Source: a virus
Length of the DNA: 64,000 nucleotides
Strand: one strand, 5' to 3'
Virus record (IMG/VR): IMGVR_UViG_3300025141_015211
Span: 1 to 64,000 of that record
The stretch's first letter is position 1, and each line of letters begins with the position of its first letter. The notes below the pieces were generated by a model. That model made no database searches. It saw only the letters and a program-made list of their open reading frames with translations, and had not been told where the DNA came from. Of this stretch, positions 19,501 to 29,105 are shown piece by piece. The position numbers and the translations under genes were made by a program.

Positions 19501-19857
19501 TTGATTACAGACTACCCTAAATTCTTTATCGGCTTTTTTCTATTTACGCTTGGGCACACATTTGCATGGTTTCAGCTTAACTCTCAATTTGTTTGGGAAT
19601 GGTGGCAAAACAAACCTGTGCACGCAACGCTTATTTTCTCTATCCCAATTGGTTTTTCTTTCTGGTATGGTGTGAATTACATGTACCAGGCGATGAATGA
19701 GTTGTGGGGGCCTCGTCTTGTCGCCTTTGGTGCTTCTTATCTCGTATTCCCTCTCCTCACATGGCTGCTAGCAGGGGAGACAATGTTTACACCTAAGACA
19801 TTGATATGCATTTTCTTATCCATTATGATTGTAATGGTTCAGCTCTTCTGGAACTAG
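19501..19857 (+). CDS. 4-TM membrane protein (SMR/DMT-like size)
   Basis: four hydrophobic segments in 118 aa. Confidence 0.65.
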   Translation: MITDYPKFFIGFFLFTLGHTFAWFQLNSQFVWEWWQNKPVHATLIFSIPIGFSFWYGVNYMYQAMNELWGPRLVAFGASYLVFPLLTWLLAGETMFTPKTLICIFLSIMIVMVQLFWN

Positions 19858-19858
19858 T

Positions 19859-20056
19859 TTGGAAATAGGCGATGCAATTATTTGGAATGATGATCACAGA
19901 ATGTGTGATCAAAAAATTGGAATCATTCTAGACAAGTATGAAGATATCTACGATACAGAAATGACATGGTTATATGTCCAGTGGCCGAATGAAACAAGTT
20001 ATGTTTACTCTGGAATGATAGATGTAATTTCAGAAGTCTCTTCTAATTATAAATGA
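19859..20056 (+). CDS. small KOW/SH3-like protein
   Basis: EIGDAIIW...DVISE. Confidence 0.55.
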   Translation: MEIGDAIIWNDDHRMCDQKIGIILDKYEDIYDTEMTWLYVQWPNETSYVYSGMIDVISEVSSNYK

Positions 20057-20081
20057 TAATTAGTTTTAGAGGCTTAATTGC

Positions 20082-23024
20082 GTGCATTTAAAAAGACAAC
20101 AGCTTAGACAAATTATTAAAGAAGTACTTACTGAATCAACTGAGCTTGATAAGGCACTATACGGTTCTCTTGAGAAAGTTATAGCGGGTTCTAACTTCTG
20201 GCAGCAAGGAAACACAGAAGACGACGGTGACTACGAAGATGTCCCGGGTCTGGGCTTAATGCACCAAACAAGTGCTGCTCAATATCTGCAAGACACACTA
20301 CAAAATGCAATCAACAATGCGGAGCAAGATATTATTATAGCAGTCCAGTCACCTGAATTGGATGCTAATCCGGGCTTCCTGTTAACCCCAGATAAACCGC
20401 AGTATCCTGACAGTGTTATATCAGGTGGCTACGCGACAGTTACACCAGATGGCAAACAGGCAGTGGTTCTCAACATGTCACTGTTTGACGACTCTTTTAA
20501 TGATGACGACGTTAATGCTCAAAGAATAGCTCGAAAGGGTGCAGCAATCTTGAGACATGAGATAGTACACCTTCAACAGGTTGCAGCACGAGCCGAGTCT
20601 GAAGGTATTAGTTTGCTCGATGCGTTTGAAAACTTTAAAAAGGAACCTAAGTCAATCCCACCATCCGGTGCTGGACGTCAACAGTATATTAAGTCACACA
20701 TCGAAGTCGACGCACACGCTCACCAGGCTGCCGATGAGTTGTTATCTCTTTACGGCAAGGAAGAAGCACTTAGACTTATATCAAAGACAGTTGACTTTGA
20801 GGACTTAGGTGTTGACTTACCTCACGCTATTGAAGATTATCTAATAGACAATCCTTCTGGAAAAACCGCGCGTCAGTTTAGAAAGAAGGTGTATGAATAC
20901 ATTAACTCGATAAGCGAGAAACTTAGTGAGGCAAGCGACCCTGATTCGTGGTTTGGTACGGGCTTCAAGCTTGGTACTAGCGTCAATCTCAAAAAAGACA
21001 TAAACGTTGAAGGAACTTTAATTGGTGAAAAAGGACAGTACAAACTTGTCTTGTGGTCAAAGAGTGTATCAAAACTAATGCGCTCAGGTCAGGAAATTAT
21101 TACGAAAAAGTCTAAACAAAACATCAAAATGTTTAAGCTTGCAAAAGGATTTACTCAAGCTTCACTAGAAAGAGTTATCAACAATCCTGAAAAAGGTGTA
21201 TTGACAATAGAAACTACGAGTACGATTGTCCCTCAGGGGTCAACAGGCAAAACAGCGCGTGGATCGCGAGGTGAGAGTACTGTTGGTGAGCTAACGAATA
21301 TTAAAGATCTTGCTTTAGAAATTACAGGGATCCAATTTGCATGGGACTTTGGTAGTGCAATCGGAAGACTTAATACTGCGCTAGCAGCGTTTGCAAGATC
21401 CAATCTACACCCATCTGAACGTGAAAGTTATAAAAAAGAGTTAGACGAAGCATTTGTTCAGCTTGCATTTCTTGTTATAGTAACTGCCGTGATTTTAGTT
21501 TCATTTGGAATAGGTAAGATAGCTGTACAAACACTTGCTTCACGATTTCCGATCTTGTCACGTAACATCACAAAAGCTGGTATCGCGGCCAGCGGTAAGG
21601 CTTCGGACCCTACACCTTCAGAAATCAAATACCCTACACCTTCAGAGATCAAAGCAGCTAGGCAATCACTTACAAATTTTAAAGAAACAAGACTATCTAA
21701 AGCTGGAGTGAGTACAAACACTGGTCTTGCAAAAGAAATTGCTGATGAAGCTATAAAGGCAGCAGACAAACTATATGGCGCTGGGAAAGGTGTTATAGCA
21801 CTTCCTACTAATCGACAACCTCCGGTTCCTAAAATTAAAAAATCAGATGCACTAAGAAGCATGTCTATTGTAGATAGAGTAGCAATTGAAAAACAGGTTG
21901 GTGGGAAACTCTTGAGTAAAGCAGGTGCGGGTGCTGACGGTGAGGTTTTCATCATTCGATTAGATGATGCTATCGGCATTCACAAAGAGGTTGCACTTAA
22001 AATTATTGGCAACATGTCTCCCGACTCAAACATGAAAGCTGCACGGTGGATATTAAAGAAGCGAGCATCACTAGATGCAGACACAGCAAAATACCTTCCT
22101 CGCGTTTTAAAAATCGGTAAGTTAAAGTTGCAAGGAGAATTTAATGTCGAACCGCATTACATTGTAATGGAGCGACTTTTACCTTTGCCGTCGAGTGTCA
22201 GGAAATTATTTCTCGACACAGAAAAAAATATCTCACAAAAGATTTTAAAAGATCCTGATTTATTTGACAGCTATATTGATGTATTTGTCACACAACTTCG
22301 CAAATCGTTAGATAATAGACTAACAGGTATTATGGGTCCTGGTGCTACCAATAACATAAAGAGTATTGTCATAAAGGTCGCAAATAACCCTAAGACTGTA
22401 TCGCCAGAAGCAAATGCACTTTTTAATAAAATTGACTGGTCTCAAGTCAACCTGATCAACCAGCCAGCGCAAAAAGAAAGTCTTAAAAAAATTGTCCCTG
22501 GTGTCTTAGAGTATCTAGTGAAGCTTAGGAAAACTGTAAAGTTTGAAACACGCCAGAGAGAAAAAGCCAATAAAGATGTCTCGAACGTCTACAAATATCT
22601 TAAATTATTAGACGATGAAATTGCAAGAATTTCAAGTACTCGTTTTTGGGTGCATTCTCGTGGAAGCCTCGGTAAATTTACGCCAAGCGTAGGGTCGCCA
22701 CCTGGTACAGCAAGGAGTATTGGTAGAAATTTAGGTGATACGACAATTGCTGATACAATTGGAGCGTCAGCTGCTGAATCTGATCCTGCTGTAAAGGGTG
22801 CTATAAATGCAATGGCGAAGCTCGAGGCGGCTGGATTCCAACCGATGGACCTTCATAGTGAAAATTGGTTACTACGGCCTGGTTCGGGGGAAATAGTAAT
22901 GGCAGACTTTGGAAGATTTAATGTGAAATGGGCAGGAGCCCAAAGCGGTAGATCTATAAAAGAAGCACACGAACTTACTCTAAGAAAGTTGATCCAGCAA
23001 ATGTCTAAGGATCTTACAGAATGA
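20082..23024 (+). CDS. polyvalent protein: zincin metallopeptidase + TM segment + Ser/Thr-kinase-like domain
   Basis: HEIVH...EVDAHA; GAGADGEV, ALKII, YIVMERL, DLHSEN, DFG; QLRQIIKE tag at both ends. Confidence 0.8.
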   Translation: MHLKRQQLRQIIKEVLTESTELDKALYGSLEKVIAGSNFWQQGNTEDDGDYEDVPGLGLMHQTSAAQYLQDTLQNAINNAEQDIIIAVQSPELDANPGFLLTPDKPQYPDSVISGGYATVTPDGKQAVVLNMSLFDDSFNDDDVNAQRIARKGAAILRHEIVHLQQVAARAESEGISLLDAFENFKKEPKSIPPSGAGRQQYIKSHIEVDAHAHQAADELLSLYGKEEALRLISKTVDFEDLGVDLPHAIEDYLIDNPSGKTARQFRKKVYEYINSISEKLSEASDPDSWFGTGFKLGTSVNLKKDINVEGTLIGEKGQYKLVLWSKSVSKLMRSGQEIITKKSKQNIKMFKLAKGFTQASLERVINNPEKGVLTIETTSTIVPQGSTGKTARGSRGESTVGELTNIKDLALEITGIQFAWDFGSAIGRLNTALAAFARSNLHPSERESYKKELDEAFVQLAFLVIVTAVILVSFGIGKIAVQTLASRFPILSRNITKAGIAASGKASDPTPSEIKYPTPSEIKAARQSLTNFKETRLSKAGVSTNTGLAKEIADEAIKAADKLYGAGKGVIALPTNRQPPVPKIKKSDALRSMSIVDRVAIEKQVGGKLLSKAGAGADGEVFIIRLDDAIGIHKEVALKIIGNMSPDSNMKAARWILKKRASLDADTAKYLPRVLKIGKLKLQGEFNVEPHYIVMERLLPLPSSVRKLFLDTEKNISQKILKDPDLFDSYIDVFVTQLRKSLDNRLTGIMGPGATNNIKSIVIKVANNPKTVSPEANALFNKIDWSQVNLINQPAQKESLKKIVPGVLEYLVKLRKTVKFETRQREKANKDVSNVYKYLKLLDDEIARISSTRFWVHSRGSLGKFTPSVGSPPGTARSIGRNLGDTTIADTIGASAAESDPAVKGAINAMAKLEAAGFQPMDLHSENWLLRPGSGEIVMADFGRFNVKWAGAQSGRSIKEAHELTLRKLIQQMSKDLTE
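21607..21654 (+). repeat. 24-bp in-frame tandem duplication
   Basis: accctacaccttcagaaatcaaat followed by accctacaccttcagagatcaaag (PTPSEIK twice). Confidence 0.9.
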
Positions 23025-23920
23025 AAATCACAGAATCATCATTAAGACAACTCATCCAAGTAGAGTTTCAACGTGCTCAGCTTAATGAAGCAGTTGAAAT
23101 TGCATGTGATATGCTACCTGCACAATCACTTAGATATCTTGCATGTCAAGCAACTGGCTGGATTTGGGCAAAAACTCCGCACACTGAATACTTTACTGGT
23201 GTTACACTTAAGCGCACACTTCCAAATGCGTTGAGATATCTAGGCTTTTCAGAAGCAGTCACTGGTTCAGCAGTTACACTTACTAGTCTTGCTGCAGCTG
23301 GTGTCTTTGTAATAGGCATGTTTGCAGCGCTACCAATGATGATTAAACGTAGAATTGAACTTCTTGATTCTACCAAAGGTTTTTTCATGAACCTGCAACA
23401 CCATAGGAATCTTATATTTGATTCGACAAAGGAACCTAAATATTACGGGCCGCTCGAATATGACCATATCGATCCATCAAATTCGCCGCTCGCAATGATG
23501 TTTGGGAAATCGACAAGAAATAGAGACGACATAATAGATTTAATAGCTAGTCAGATGGGCACACCTGAGGGTAAGAAATTATATGGCGAGCTAATATCAA
23601 CAGATAGTTGGGCGATACCCGGCATATTTGGATTTGAAGATTTAGGACAAAAGTGGCGTGGGCCAATTATTGGAAAGTCTATATCTTCAAGAATACTGAA
23701 AAGAAGAAAAGAAATTATTGCAGATGCAAACAAGAAGATGATTGACAAAATATTAAAGCGGACAAAAGAACTACAGACTGAAGGTGAGTATAAAAAAATC
23801 ATTGAGTTTGCACAGTCAATGGGCTGGGATCCTTCTAGCGCAGGTAATGCGGACGACCTTGATGAAGCACACGCGCTTACGCTAAGAAGCATTGTGCGAC
23901 AAGCAATTAGAAGGACATGA
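23021..23920 (+). CDS. putative internal head protein with TM segment
   Basis: MKITESSLRQLIQ; C-terminal EAHALTLRSIV resembles the upstream gene's end. Confidence 0.6.
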   Translation: MKITESSLRQLIQVEFQRAQLNEAVEIACDMLPAQSLRYLACQATGWIWAKTPHTEYFTGVTLKRTLPNALRYLGFSEAVTGSAVTLTSLAAAGVFVIGMFAALPMMIKRRIELLDSTKGFFMNLQHHRNLIFDSTKEPKYYGPLEYDHIDPSNSPLAMMFGKSTRNRDDIIDLIASQMGTPEGKKLYGELISTDSWAIPGIFGFEDLGQKWRGPIIGKSISSRILKRRKEIIADANKKMIDKILKRTKELQTEGEYKKIIEFAQSMGWDPSSAGNADDLDEAHALTLRSIVRQAIRRT

Positions 23921-24246
23921 AGTTTGCAAGCCTTATGCTGTTGATGTTGACAACAGGTTGCTACTCAAAACTAAACCTCGCAGGTAAGAATCTAGAAGTA
24001 TCAGGTAGCACATGTGTTGACGGCCTCATAGTCAACATTGATGCGGCAGGATGTGAATCACTATACTTCGGTAATCTACCTGATGAGAGAATATTAAAGG
24101 TTGCATGTAAATATTCTCCTGTCGACAATCTGTGGACACGGGCTGAGTACTATGCTATTCCATTCAAACACACGCTCATCAATCCTACATGGCAGCTCCT
24201 GTGTGAAGATGAATATATGAAAGTCTATAGAGTCTGTTGTAAGTAA
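23917..24246 (+). CDS. Cys-rich lipoprotein, paralogue of 37367
   Basis: LTTGC lipobox. Confidence 0.65.
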   Translation: MKFASLMLLMLTTGCYSKLNLAGKNLEVSGSTCVDGLIVNIDAAGCESLYFGNLPDERILKVACKYSPVDNLWTRAEYYAIPFKHTLINPTWQLLCEDEYMKVYRVCCK

Positions 24247-24252
24247 GTTACG

Positions 24253-24280
24253 TGTAAAACACAAAGAGACATATTATAAT
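24253..24280 (+). promoter_or_regulatory. class A promoter upstream of tRNA-Arg
   Basis: TGTAAA-N16-TATAAT. Confidence 0.7.
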
Positions 24281-24288
24281 ATTCTCAT

Positions 24289-24365
<77 letters not shown>

Positions 24366-24390
24366 TTTCAAAATGGAAATTAGTTAGCCA

Positions 24391-24681
24391 ATGAGTGACT
24401 ATGAATTTTATGAAGTTGCAAAATTGTGGCTTCCAGATGAAAGTAAGGGTGTTGTTAAAATTGTATCTTTTGCAAATGAGGGTGGCTATGCAACACTTCA
24501 CTTTGACGATGAGTATGTTTTACATATCTCAAAAGAAACGCTATTGAATTTAAAATCCCTGATTAACGAGACAGTAGACGCTTTAGAAGGTTTCGAAAAG
24601 TTTAACAACTTTACATCAAAGTCTTGCACAAAAGAAAACCCTGATAATGTTTTAGAATTTAAAAGAAAAGATGATGATTAA
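24391..24681 (+). CDS. hypothetical protein
   Basis: 96 aa ORF. Confidence 0.55.
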   Translation: MSDYEFYEVAKLWLPDESKGVVKIVSFANEGGYATLHFDDEYVLHISKETLLNLKSLINETVDALEGFEKFNNFTSKSCTKENPDNVLEFKRKDDD

Positions 24682-24985
24682 AATTATAATACTTCTCATA
24701 TTTAGCATGACGCAAGCATCTTACGCACAAGAAGAGACGTGTGTTGTGGGTCAATCATACGTACCTCCTGCAACTACAAAACACCCACATATTATAAAAA
24801 CTCAGTCAGTTGATGTTGTCTTATGGTCTAGTGTTGTCCATTCATTAGAAATATCACCCTGGACTTTAGTATGCAAAAAAATGTGTTTTAATACTAGTGA
24901 AATAAAAACAAACAAGAAGTCTAAAGAAGTTATCATTAATAATCACAAGGACATAAAAATTCAGTGGGAAAACATCTGTAACTAA
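24671..24985 (+). CDS. hypothetical secreted protein
   Basis: signal-peptide-like N-terminus. Confidence 0.5.
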   Translation: MMIKIIILLIFSMTQASYAQEETCVVGQSYVPPATTKHPHIIKTQSVDVVLWSSVVHSLEISPWTLVCKKMCFNTSEIKTNKKSKEVIINNHKDIKIQWENICN

Positions 24986-25024
24986 AAAGAAACTAATCTA
25001 TTTTTAAGAACACATATTTATTAT

Positions 25025-25234
25025 GTGTCAAAAACTGAAGAAAATCTTAAGATAGGTGATTTAGTTGAGAATGTCACCGATGGGTGCCAACGCGGTATTG
25101 TCTTAAAAAAACGATTCTCTCCACAAGATGTACGCGGTCAAAAGTATAATATTCTTACTTATGACATTCTATTTGATGATGGTGATATAAGAAATCTCAA
25201 GCCTACTACACTTCGCATAGTTCAGAAATTGTAG
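25025..25234 (+). CDS. small KOW/SH3-like protein
   Basis: LKIGDLV...GIVL...YDILF. Confidence 0.6.
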   Translation: MSKTEENLKIGDLVENVTDGCQRGIVLKKRFSPQDVRGQKYNILTYDILFDDGDIRNLKPTTLRIVQKL

Positions 25235-25314
25235 CGAATTTATAATTTCTTTTTGTAATTTGATCTATCTGTACCGTATAATATTGTCATGACAGTGTTA
25301 TTAAAGGAGAAGGC

Positions 25315-25551
25315 ATGTCTAATAAAGAAGTTGTTAAAGAGCTAGTAGAAAAATTACTGACAATTGAAAATGAAATTAGTCTACTACAAGAAGATAGAAA
25401 AGTCACACTTAGTGATTACAAAGATAGATTAGATATCAAGGCTTTTAGAGCAGCGCTACGTATTGCAAAAATTAAGTCGAAGCTTGGTACTTCTGAAGAT
25501 GCGCTTGATAATATTTTAGATGTTGTTGAGGATCGCCTCACAGTAATTTAG
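25315..25551 (+). CDS. GapR/DUF2312-like dsDNA-binding protein
   Basis: L..IE.E...L.EDRK...DIKAFRAALRI pattern; AAGGAG RBS. Confidence 0.6.
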   Translation: MSNKEVVKELVEKLLTIENEISLLQEDRKVTLSDYKDRLDIKAFRAALRIAKIKSKLGTSEDALDNILDVVEDRLTVI

Positions 25552-25578
25552 TGGGTCATTAGTCTGTGTGAGTGATGT

Positions 25579-25902
25579 ATGAATAAAGATATTATCTGGA
25601 AAGCCCAGCTGGCTGCTCTTCGAGAAATGGAAGTAAATATTAAATCACTCATTAAGGCTGCGCAAGAAGCAGAAAGACGTATTAAAAATGACGGACTAAA
25701 TAACAACTATAGTGCCAATCATGATTGTTACGATTATGCAGCAAAAGTTTGGAAACAGAGCTTAAGACTTTCAGAACTTAAAAAGCTTGAATACGATGTT
25801 ACAGGTAAAGACCCGTGGGGGATGCCTAAAAAAGATAAACATCAAGTAAAGTCAAAACCCGCGGCACAAAATAAAAAAAAGAAAAAGTCTAAGAAGAAGT
25901 AA
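25579..25902 (+). CDS. hypothetical protein
   Basis: 107 aa ORF. Confidence 0.55.
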   Translation: MNKDIIWKAQLAALREMEVNIKSLIKAAQEAERRIKNDGLNNNYSANHDCYDYAAKVWKQSLRLSELKKLEYDVTGKDPWGMPKKDKHQVKSKPAAQNKKKKKSKKK

Positions 25903-25998
25903 TTGCATAAAAATGATTTTATTTATTGAAGGGTTTATAGCTGGATTCATGGTTTGCATAATGTTTGTAATAGCTGCTAATAATCAAAAGTTTTAATT

Positions 25999-26292
25999 AT
26001 GCCTAGAAAAAAAAAGAAAAACTCGACACGAAAAAACAAGGAAACAGTAAGACCCACCAAGGTGATCATCACAGAGTGGGAAGACTGGAAATCAGGTGAT
26101 CTTGCTTGGGGTAAAACATTTGCACTGAATAAAAGCATTTATGGAGAAATTATAGAGTTTCATCCTAATGATAATCATGGCCCAGCTGTAACACTCTTAG
26201 ATGCTAACCAGGGTGGTTATATAACAATTTTAGCAAGCACATTAAGTGACAAAGACCCTAAGAAAATTAGAATAAGAAGAAATAAAAAGTAG
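25999..26292 (+). CDS. hypothetical KOW-like protein
   Basis: WKSGDLAW. Confidence 0.5.
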   Translation: MPRKKKKNSTRKNKETVRPTKVIITEWEDWKSGDLAWGKTFALNKSIYGEIIEFHPNDNHGPAVTLLDANQGGYITILASTLSDKDPKKIRIRRNKK

Positions 26293-26295
26293 TAA

Positions 26296-26547
26296 ATGGA
26301 CAATTCAAACGTACTCCTCAAAGATCTCATACATGTAAAAAAAGGTGATATTGTTTTGATTACAGATCCTGAACATGAGCTAGCAGGCTTTCCAGGGGTA
26401 ATTAAAAAAATTATCCCAAAGAATACAAGAGCAATTGTTAAGATTTCAACAAATAAAAAAACAGTATGGATAAGTCAATCTTACCTAATTAAAATCACAA
26501 AAAAGCAACAAGAAGTATTTGTAGATCTTCTAAAGGAGTCATCATGA
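26296..26547 (+). CDS. KOW-motif protein
   Basis: VKKGDIVLI......G..GVI. Confidence 0.6.
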   Translation: MDNSNVLLKDLIHVKKGDIVLITDPEHELAGFPGVIKKIIPKNTRAIVKISTNKKTVWISQSYLIKITKKQQEVFVDLLKESS

Positions 26548-26550
26548 CAG

Positions 26551-26907
26551 GTGTACTATCGAGCTAGATCATTAGCATTAAGTAATGGTCGCACTTATCA
26601 CATAGCTGCCATCCTTAAAAGAAACGGCAGGATCGTAAAGATTGGTGAGAACACAGATAAAACCCACCCGAGATTTAAGCGTCAATATGAAGACGGAACT
26701 TGGGCTTCACACATGCATGCTGAGATGAATGTTCTTAGATTTGCAAAACCAGGGGACGAAATTGAAGTTATGCGATTTGCAAAGTGCAGTCATGCGCTTA
26801 CAATGGCTAAACCTTGTGAGCTTTGTATGAAGGCAATGAGTGATGCTGGAATTAAAAGAGTAAAGTACACTAACTGGATTGGTGAATGGGAAACAATCAA
26901 GATATAA
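26551..26907 (+). CDS. cytidine/deoxycytidylate deaminase-family protein
   Basis: HAE...PCELC zinc motif. Confidence 0.85.
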   Translation: MYYRARSLALSNGRTYHIAAILKRNGRIVKIGENTDKTHPRFKRQYEDGTWASHMHAEMNVLRFAKPGDEIEVMRFAKCSHALTMAKPCELCMKAMSDAGIKRVKYTNWIGEWETIKI

Positions 26908-27182
26908 AAAAGTCAAACAAATGGTTCCTTTATGTAGTTGAGTGTGCTGATAACACACTTTATACGGGTATTACGACAGATACTAGTAGGCGATTATACG
27001 AACACAACTGTTCAAAGAAGGGTGCGAAATATACTCGTAGTCGAAGACCTGTCACACTTATCTACACAGAAAGTTTTAAAAATAGGTCAACTGCATCTAA
27101 AGCTGAAGCAGCATTTAAAAAACTTACAAGACACTCAAAGTTAAGACATGTGCAAAACAAGACTAAGCATTGCGATGACTAG
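26886..27182 (+). CDS. GIY-YIG nuclease (UPF0213-like)
   Basis: LYVVEC..TLYTGIT...RRLYEHN..GAKYT. Confidence 0.9.
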   Translation: MGNNQDIKKSNKWFLYVVECADNTLYTGITTDTSRRLYEHNCSKKGAKYTRSRRPVTLIYTESFKNRSTASKAEAAFKKLTRHSKLRHVQNKTKHCDD

Positions 27183-27287
27183 CCCAAGTATAGACAAGAG
27201 TTTAGCATTTTCAGCTTCAGAATAACATCGATTAATGCTGTTGTTTAATTGTTTTAATTTATCAACACTTATTCTAATTCTATTCAT
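27141..27287 (-). CDS. small membrane peptide (48 aa, not in ORF track)
   Basis: TAGGAG RBS; MNRIRISV...LLSILGLVIAMLSLVLHMS. Confidence 0.55.
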   Translation of the reverse strand: MNRIRISVDKLKQLNNSINRCYSEAENAKLLSILGLVIAMLSLVLHMS

Positions 27288-27302
27288 AACTACACTCCTA
27301 AA

Positions 27303-27462
27303 AGAAAGGGGGTCAAGACAGATTCCGGCGCGCGACTTTGCGGTTTCATATCTTGACTCACGCCACCCCTACGACGACCCCTCCGAGGTCCGGCGTATTT
27401 TTTACCAGGTACAGGCTTCAATCATGAGGGTTACACCTCACTAGTCGACGGCGGTCAACACG
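27303..27462 (-). ncRNA. unclassified structured RNA or 5' leader
   Basis: GC-rich island with several G-U-containing helices on the - strand. Confidence 0.5.
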
Positions 27463-27548
27463 AAATTTATTTTTGTAAAAGACCTACAATTAAGTATGTA
27501 AAGAAAATTATAAACATCAAACATTTTTATATTGATATGTAAAGATGT

Positions 27549-28130
27549 ATGTTTTTTCTTTCATTAGTTCTAAGTACAACACTAGTTGCTTCTGATTATC
27601 CTGAAAGCAACAGGTCGTCTGTAAGATACGTACATCCTTCTTACTTTGAAGTTAAAGAAGATAATGCTGAAAAATTTGCAAATTGGAAATCAAAGCCCGA
27701 TGTTAAAGTATGCAATCACGCACCTGTTACAATAGCTCAAGTTGAAAAAGCACTGTCATGGTGGGAAGACTTAGGGTATAAGTTTGGTTATATCTACAAA
27801 TCAAGTTGTGTTGAAAACGCACACTATGGAAATATAGTAATCAGCCTCGCAGGACAAGACTTTAAATTTGACAAAAGTTATGGATCAACAAGCATGCACT
27901 ATGATACTGAGACACGTCAAGCACATTGGGCACAAATATTTCTGCCAGAGAAAGTTAGAGAGCGTGTACTAGAACATGAAATAGGGCATGCACTAGGTTG
28001 GCATCATTCTGCACAGAAGGGGCACATACTTTACCCTAGCTGGCAACTTGGCGGATGGAATAGTGATGGACTTAAAGTCCCGACATTGAATCTTAATCGT
28101 TCAAAATCTTCTTCAAAAAATCCTTTGTGA
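27549..28130 (+). CDS. secreted matrixin-type metalloprotease
   Basis: signal peptide; HEIGHALGWHH. Confidence 0.85.
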   Translation: MFFLSLVLSTTLVASDYPESNRSSVRYVHPSYFEVKEDNAEKFANWKSKPDVKVCNHAPVTIAQVEKALSWWEDLGYKFGYIYKSSCVENAHYGNIVISLAGQDFKFDKSYGSTSMHYDTETRQAHWAQIFLPEKVRERVLEHEIGHALGWHHSAQKGHILYPSWQLGGWNSDGLKVPTLNLNRSKSSSKNPL

Positions 28131-28320
28131 TATCTCTTTCAGAAAGATTTTCAGCAGGTGGATCAACGTCAACACACTCCCAATCTTCTTCATTTTCATC
28201 TACTTCTTCTTCAGTAGACTTTATTCTTTCATCAACCTTATCTTCAAGCACTCTTCTATACTGCTCTCTCATTAACTCACGTAGAAAGTCTTGAGTTATA
28301 TTTCTTTCGTCCTGTGACAT
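28093..28320 (-). CDS. small acidic protein with head-tag-like helix
   Basis: ITQDFLRELMRE and ITKDFLKKILND. Confidence 0.55.
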   Translation of the reverse strand: MSQDERNITQDFLRELMREQYRRVLEDKVDERIKSTEEEVDENEEDWECVDVDPPAENLSERDITKDFLKKILND

Positions 28321-28347
28321 ATTAAAGCCCTCAATAGTAATTATCTA

Positions 28348-28593
28348 CTACAGGTCAAGATATCCTTCAGGTACTTTTAAAACTATTACTCTGTATCCAT
28401 GCATACTTGTTTTAAACCTCTCAACAATCTTCTGACCGTCTTCGTGATGTTCAATTGCAATTTGAATATGTGTGCCACCGTCGTCAGAAGCAAACGTCAC
28501 ATCAAACGGGCCGTCAGTTAGATCAACAACATCAGCAATCACAAGATTTAAAATGTCTTTTTTCATTAGATCAGAATCTTCAGATTTTGTCAT
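28348..28593 (-). CDS. hypothetical protein
   Basis: 81 aa ORF. Confidence 0.55.
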   Translation of the reverse strand: MTKSEDSDLMKKDILNLVIADVVDLTDGPFDVTFASDDGGTHIQIAIEHHEDGQKIVERFKTSMHGYRVIVLKVPEGYLDL

Positions 28594-28863
28594 TTAATCT
28601 GCACCAAATAAATCATCTAGATCTTCATAATCTACATTATTCGTTGACCTCTTTTGAGGATTCACTTCTTGCAATAGATTCATTAAAGAGTTTACGTCAC
28701 TCCCAAAGGGAGGCTTGATAAACGGAAACACTGCGTGTGCAAGTTGTGAAGAACATGCTATACTTAAACGAGCGCTAAGTCTAGATGCAACACAAAAATG
28801 TTGCCAATATGTTTCACCTATAGATCGCGGATGCTCTGTAAAAAGATTAAGTAGCCATTTCAT
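28594..28863 (-). CDS. DUF6356-like protein
   Basis: FTEHPRSIGETYWQH...HAVFPF. Confidence 0.65.
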   Translation of the reverse strand: MKWLLNLFTEHPRSIGETYWQHFCVASRLSARLSIACSSQLAHAVFPFIKPPFGSDVNSLMNLLQEVNPQKRSTNNVDYEDLDDLFGAD

Positions 28864-29105
28864 TTTTTTACCATCTTCATTGATTTTAACCAATCAGCAA
28901 TCTGTTTATTAACTGGTTCATCACTTGTAAAACTTTTACTGTCCCCTTCGGGCCAGCCTCCGTGTGACGTCTCTTTATCGAGCATTAAATTTTTTACTGT
29001 TCCTTCTTCATATGATTCATCTGGGTGGTAACCTGCATACTTTTCTGACAGAATGATTAACTCTTCTTTAATAATCTGTCTTAGTTGTCTGCGTGTGATT
29101 TTCAT
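28860..29105 (-). CDS. putative internal head protein
   Basis: MKITRRQLRQIIKEE...LSE. Confidence 0.7.
   Translation of the reverse strand: MKITRRQLRQIIKEELIILSEKYAGYHPDESYEEGTVKNLMLDKETSHGGWPEGDSKSFTSDEPVNKQIADWLKSMKMVKK

Noticed and set aside
26545-26595. TGA in frame between the KOW gene and the deaminase as a second Sec site
   Set aside because: Only a weak 4-bp stem, no Cys-like context, and the deaminase has its own AGGAG and GTG start
27405-27430. CTTCAA as a tRNA-Sec anticodon loop
   Set aside because: No anticodon stem, T arm or acceptor stem around it
27235-27444. 69-aa + strand ORF
   Set aside because: No RBS; antisense to a better-supported peptide gene and structured RNA
27308-27460. 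6S RNA, tmRNA or c-di-GMP riboswitch identity for the structured island
   Set aside because: Only short word matches; end-to-end pairing on the + strand is poor and diagnostic cores are missing
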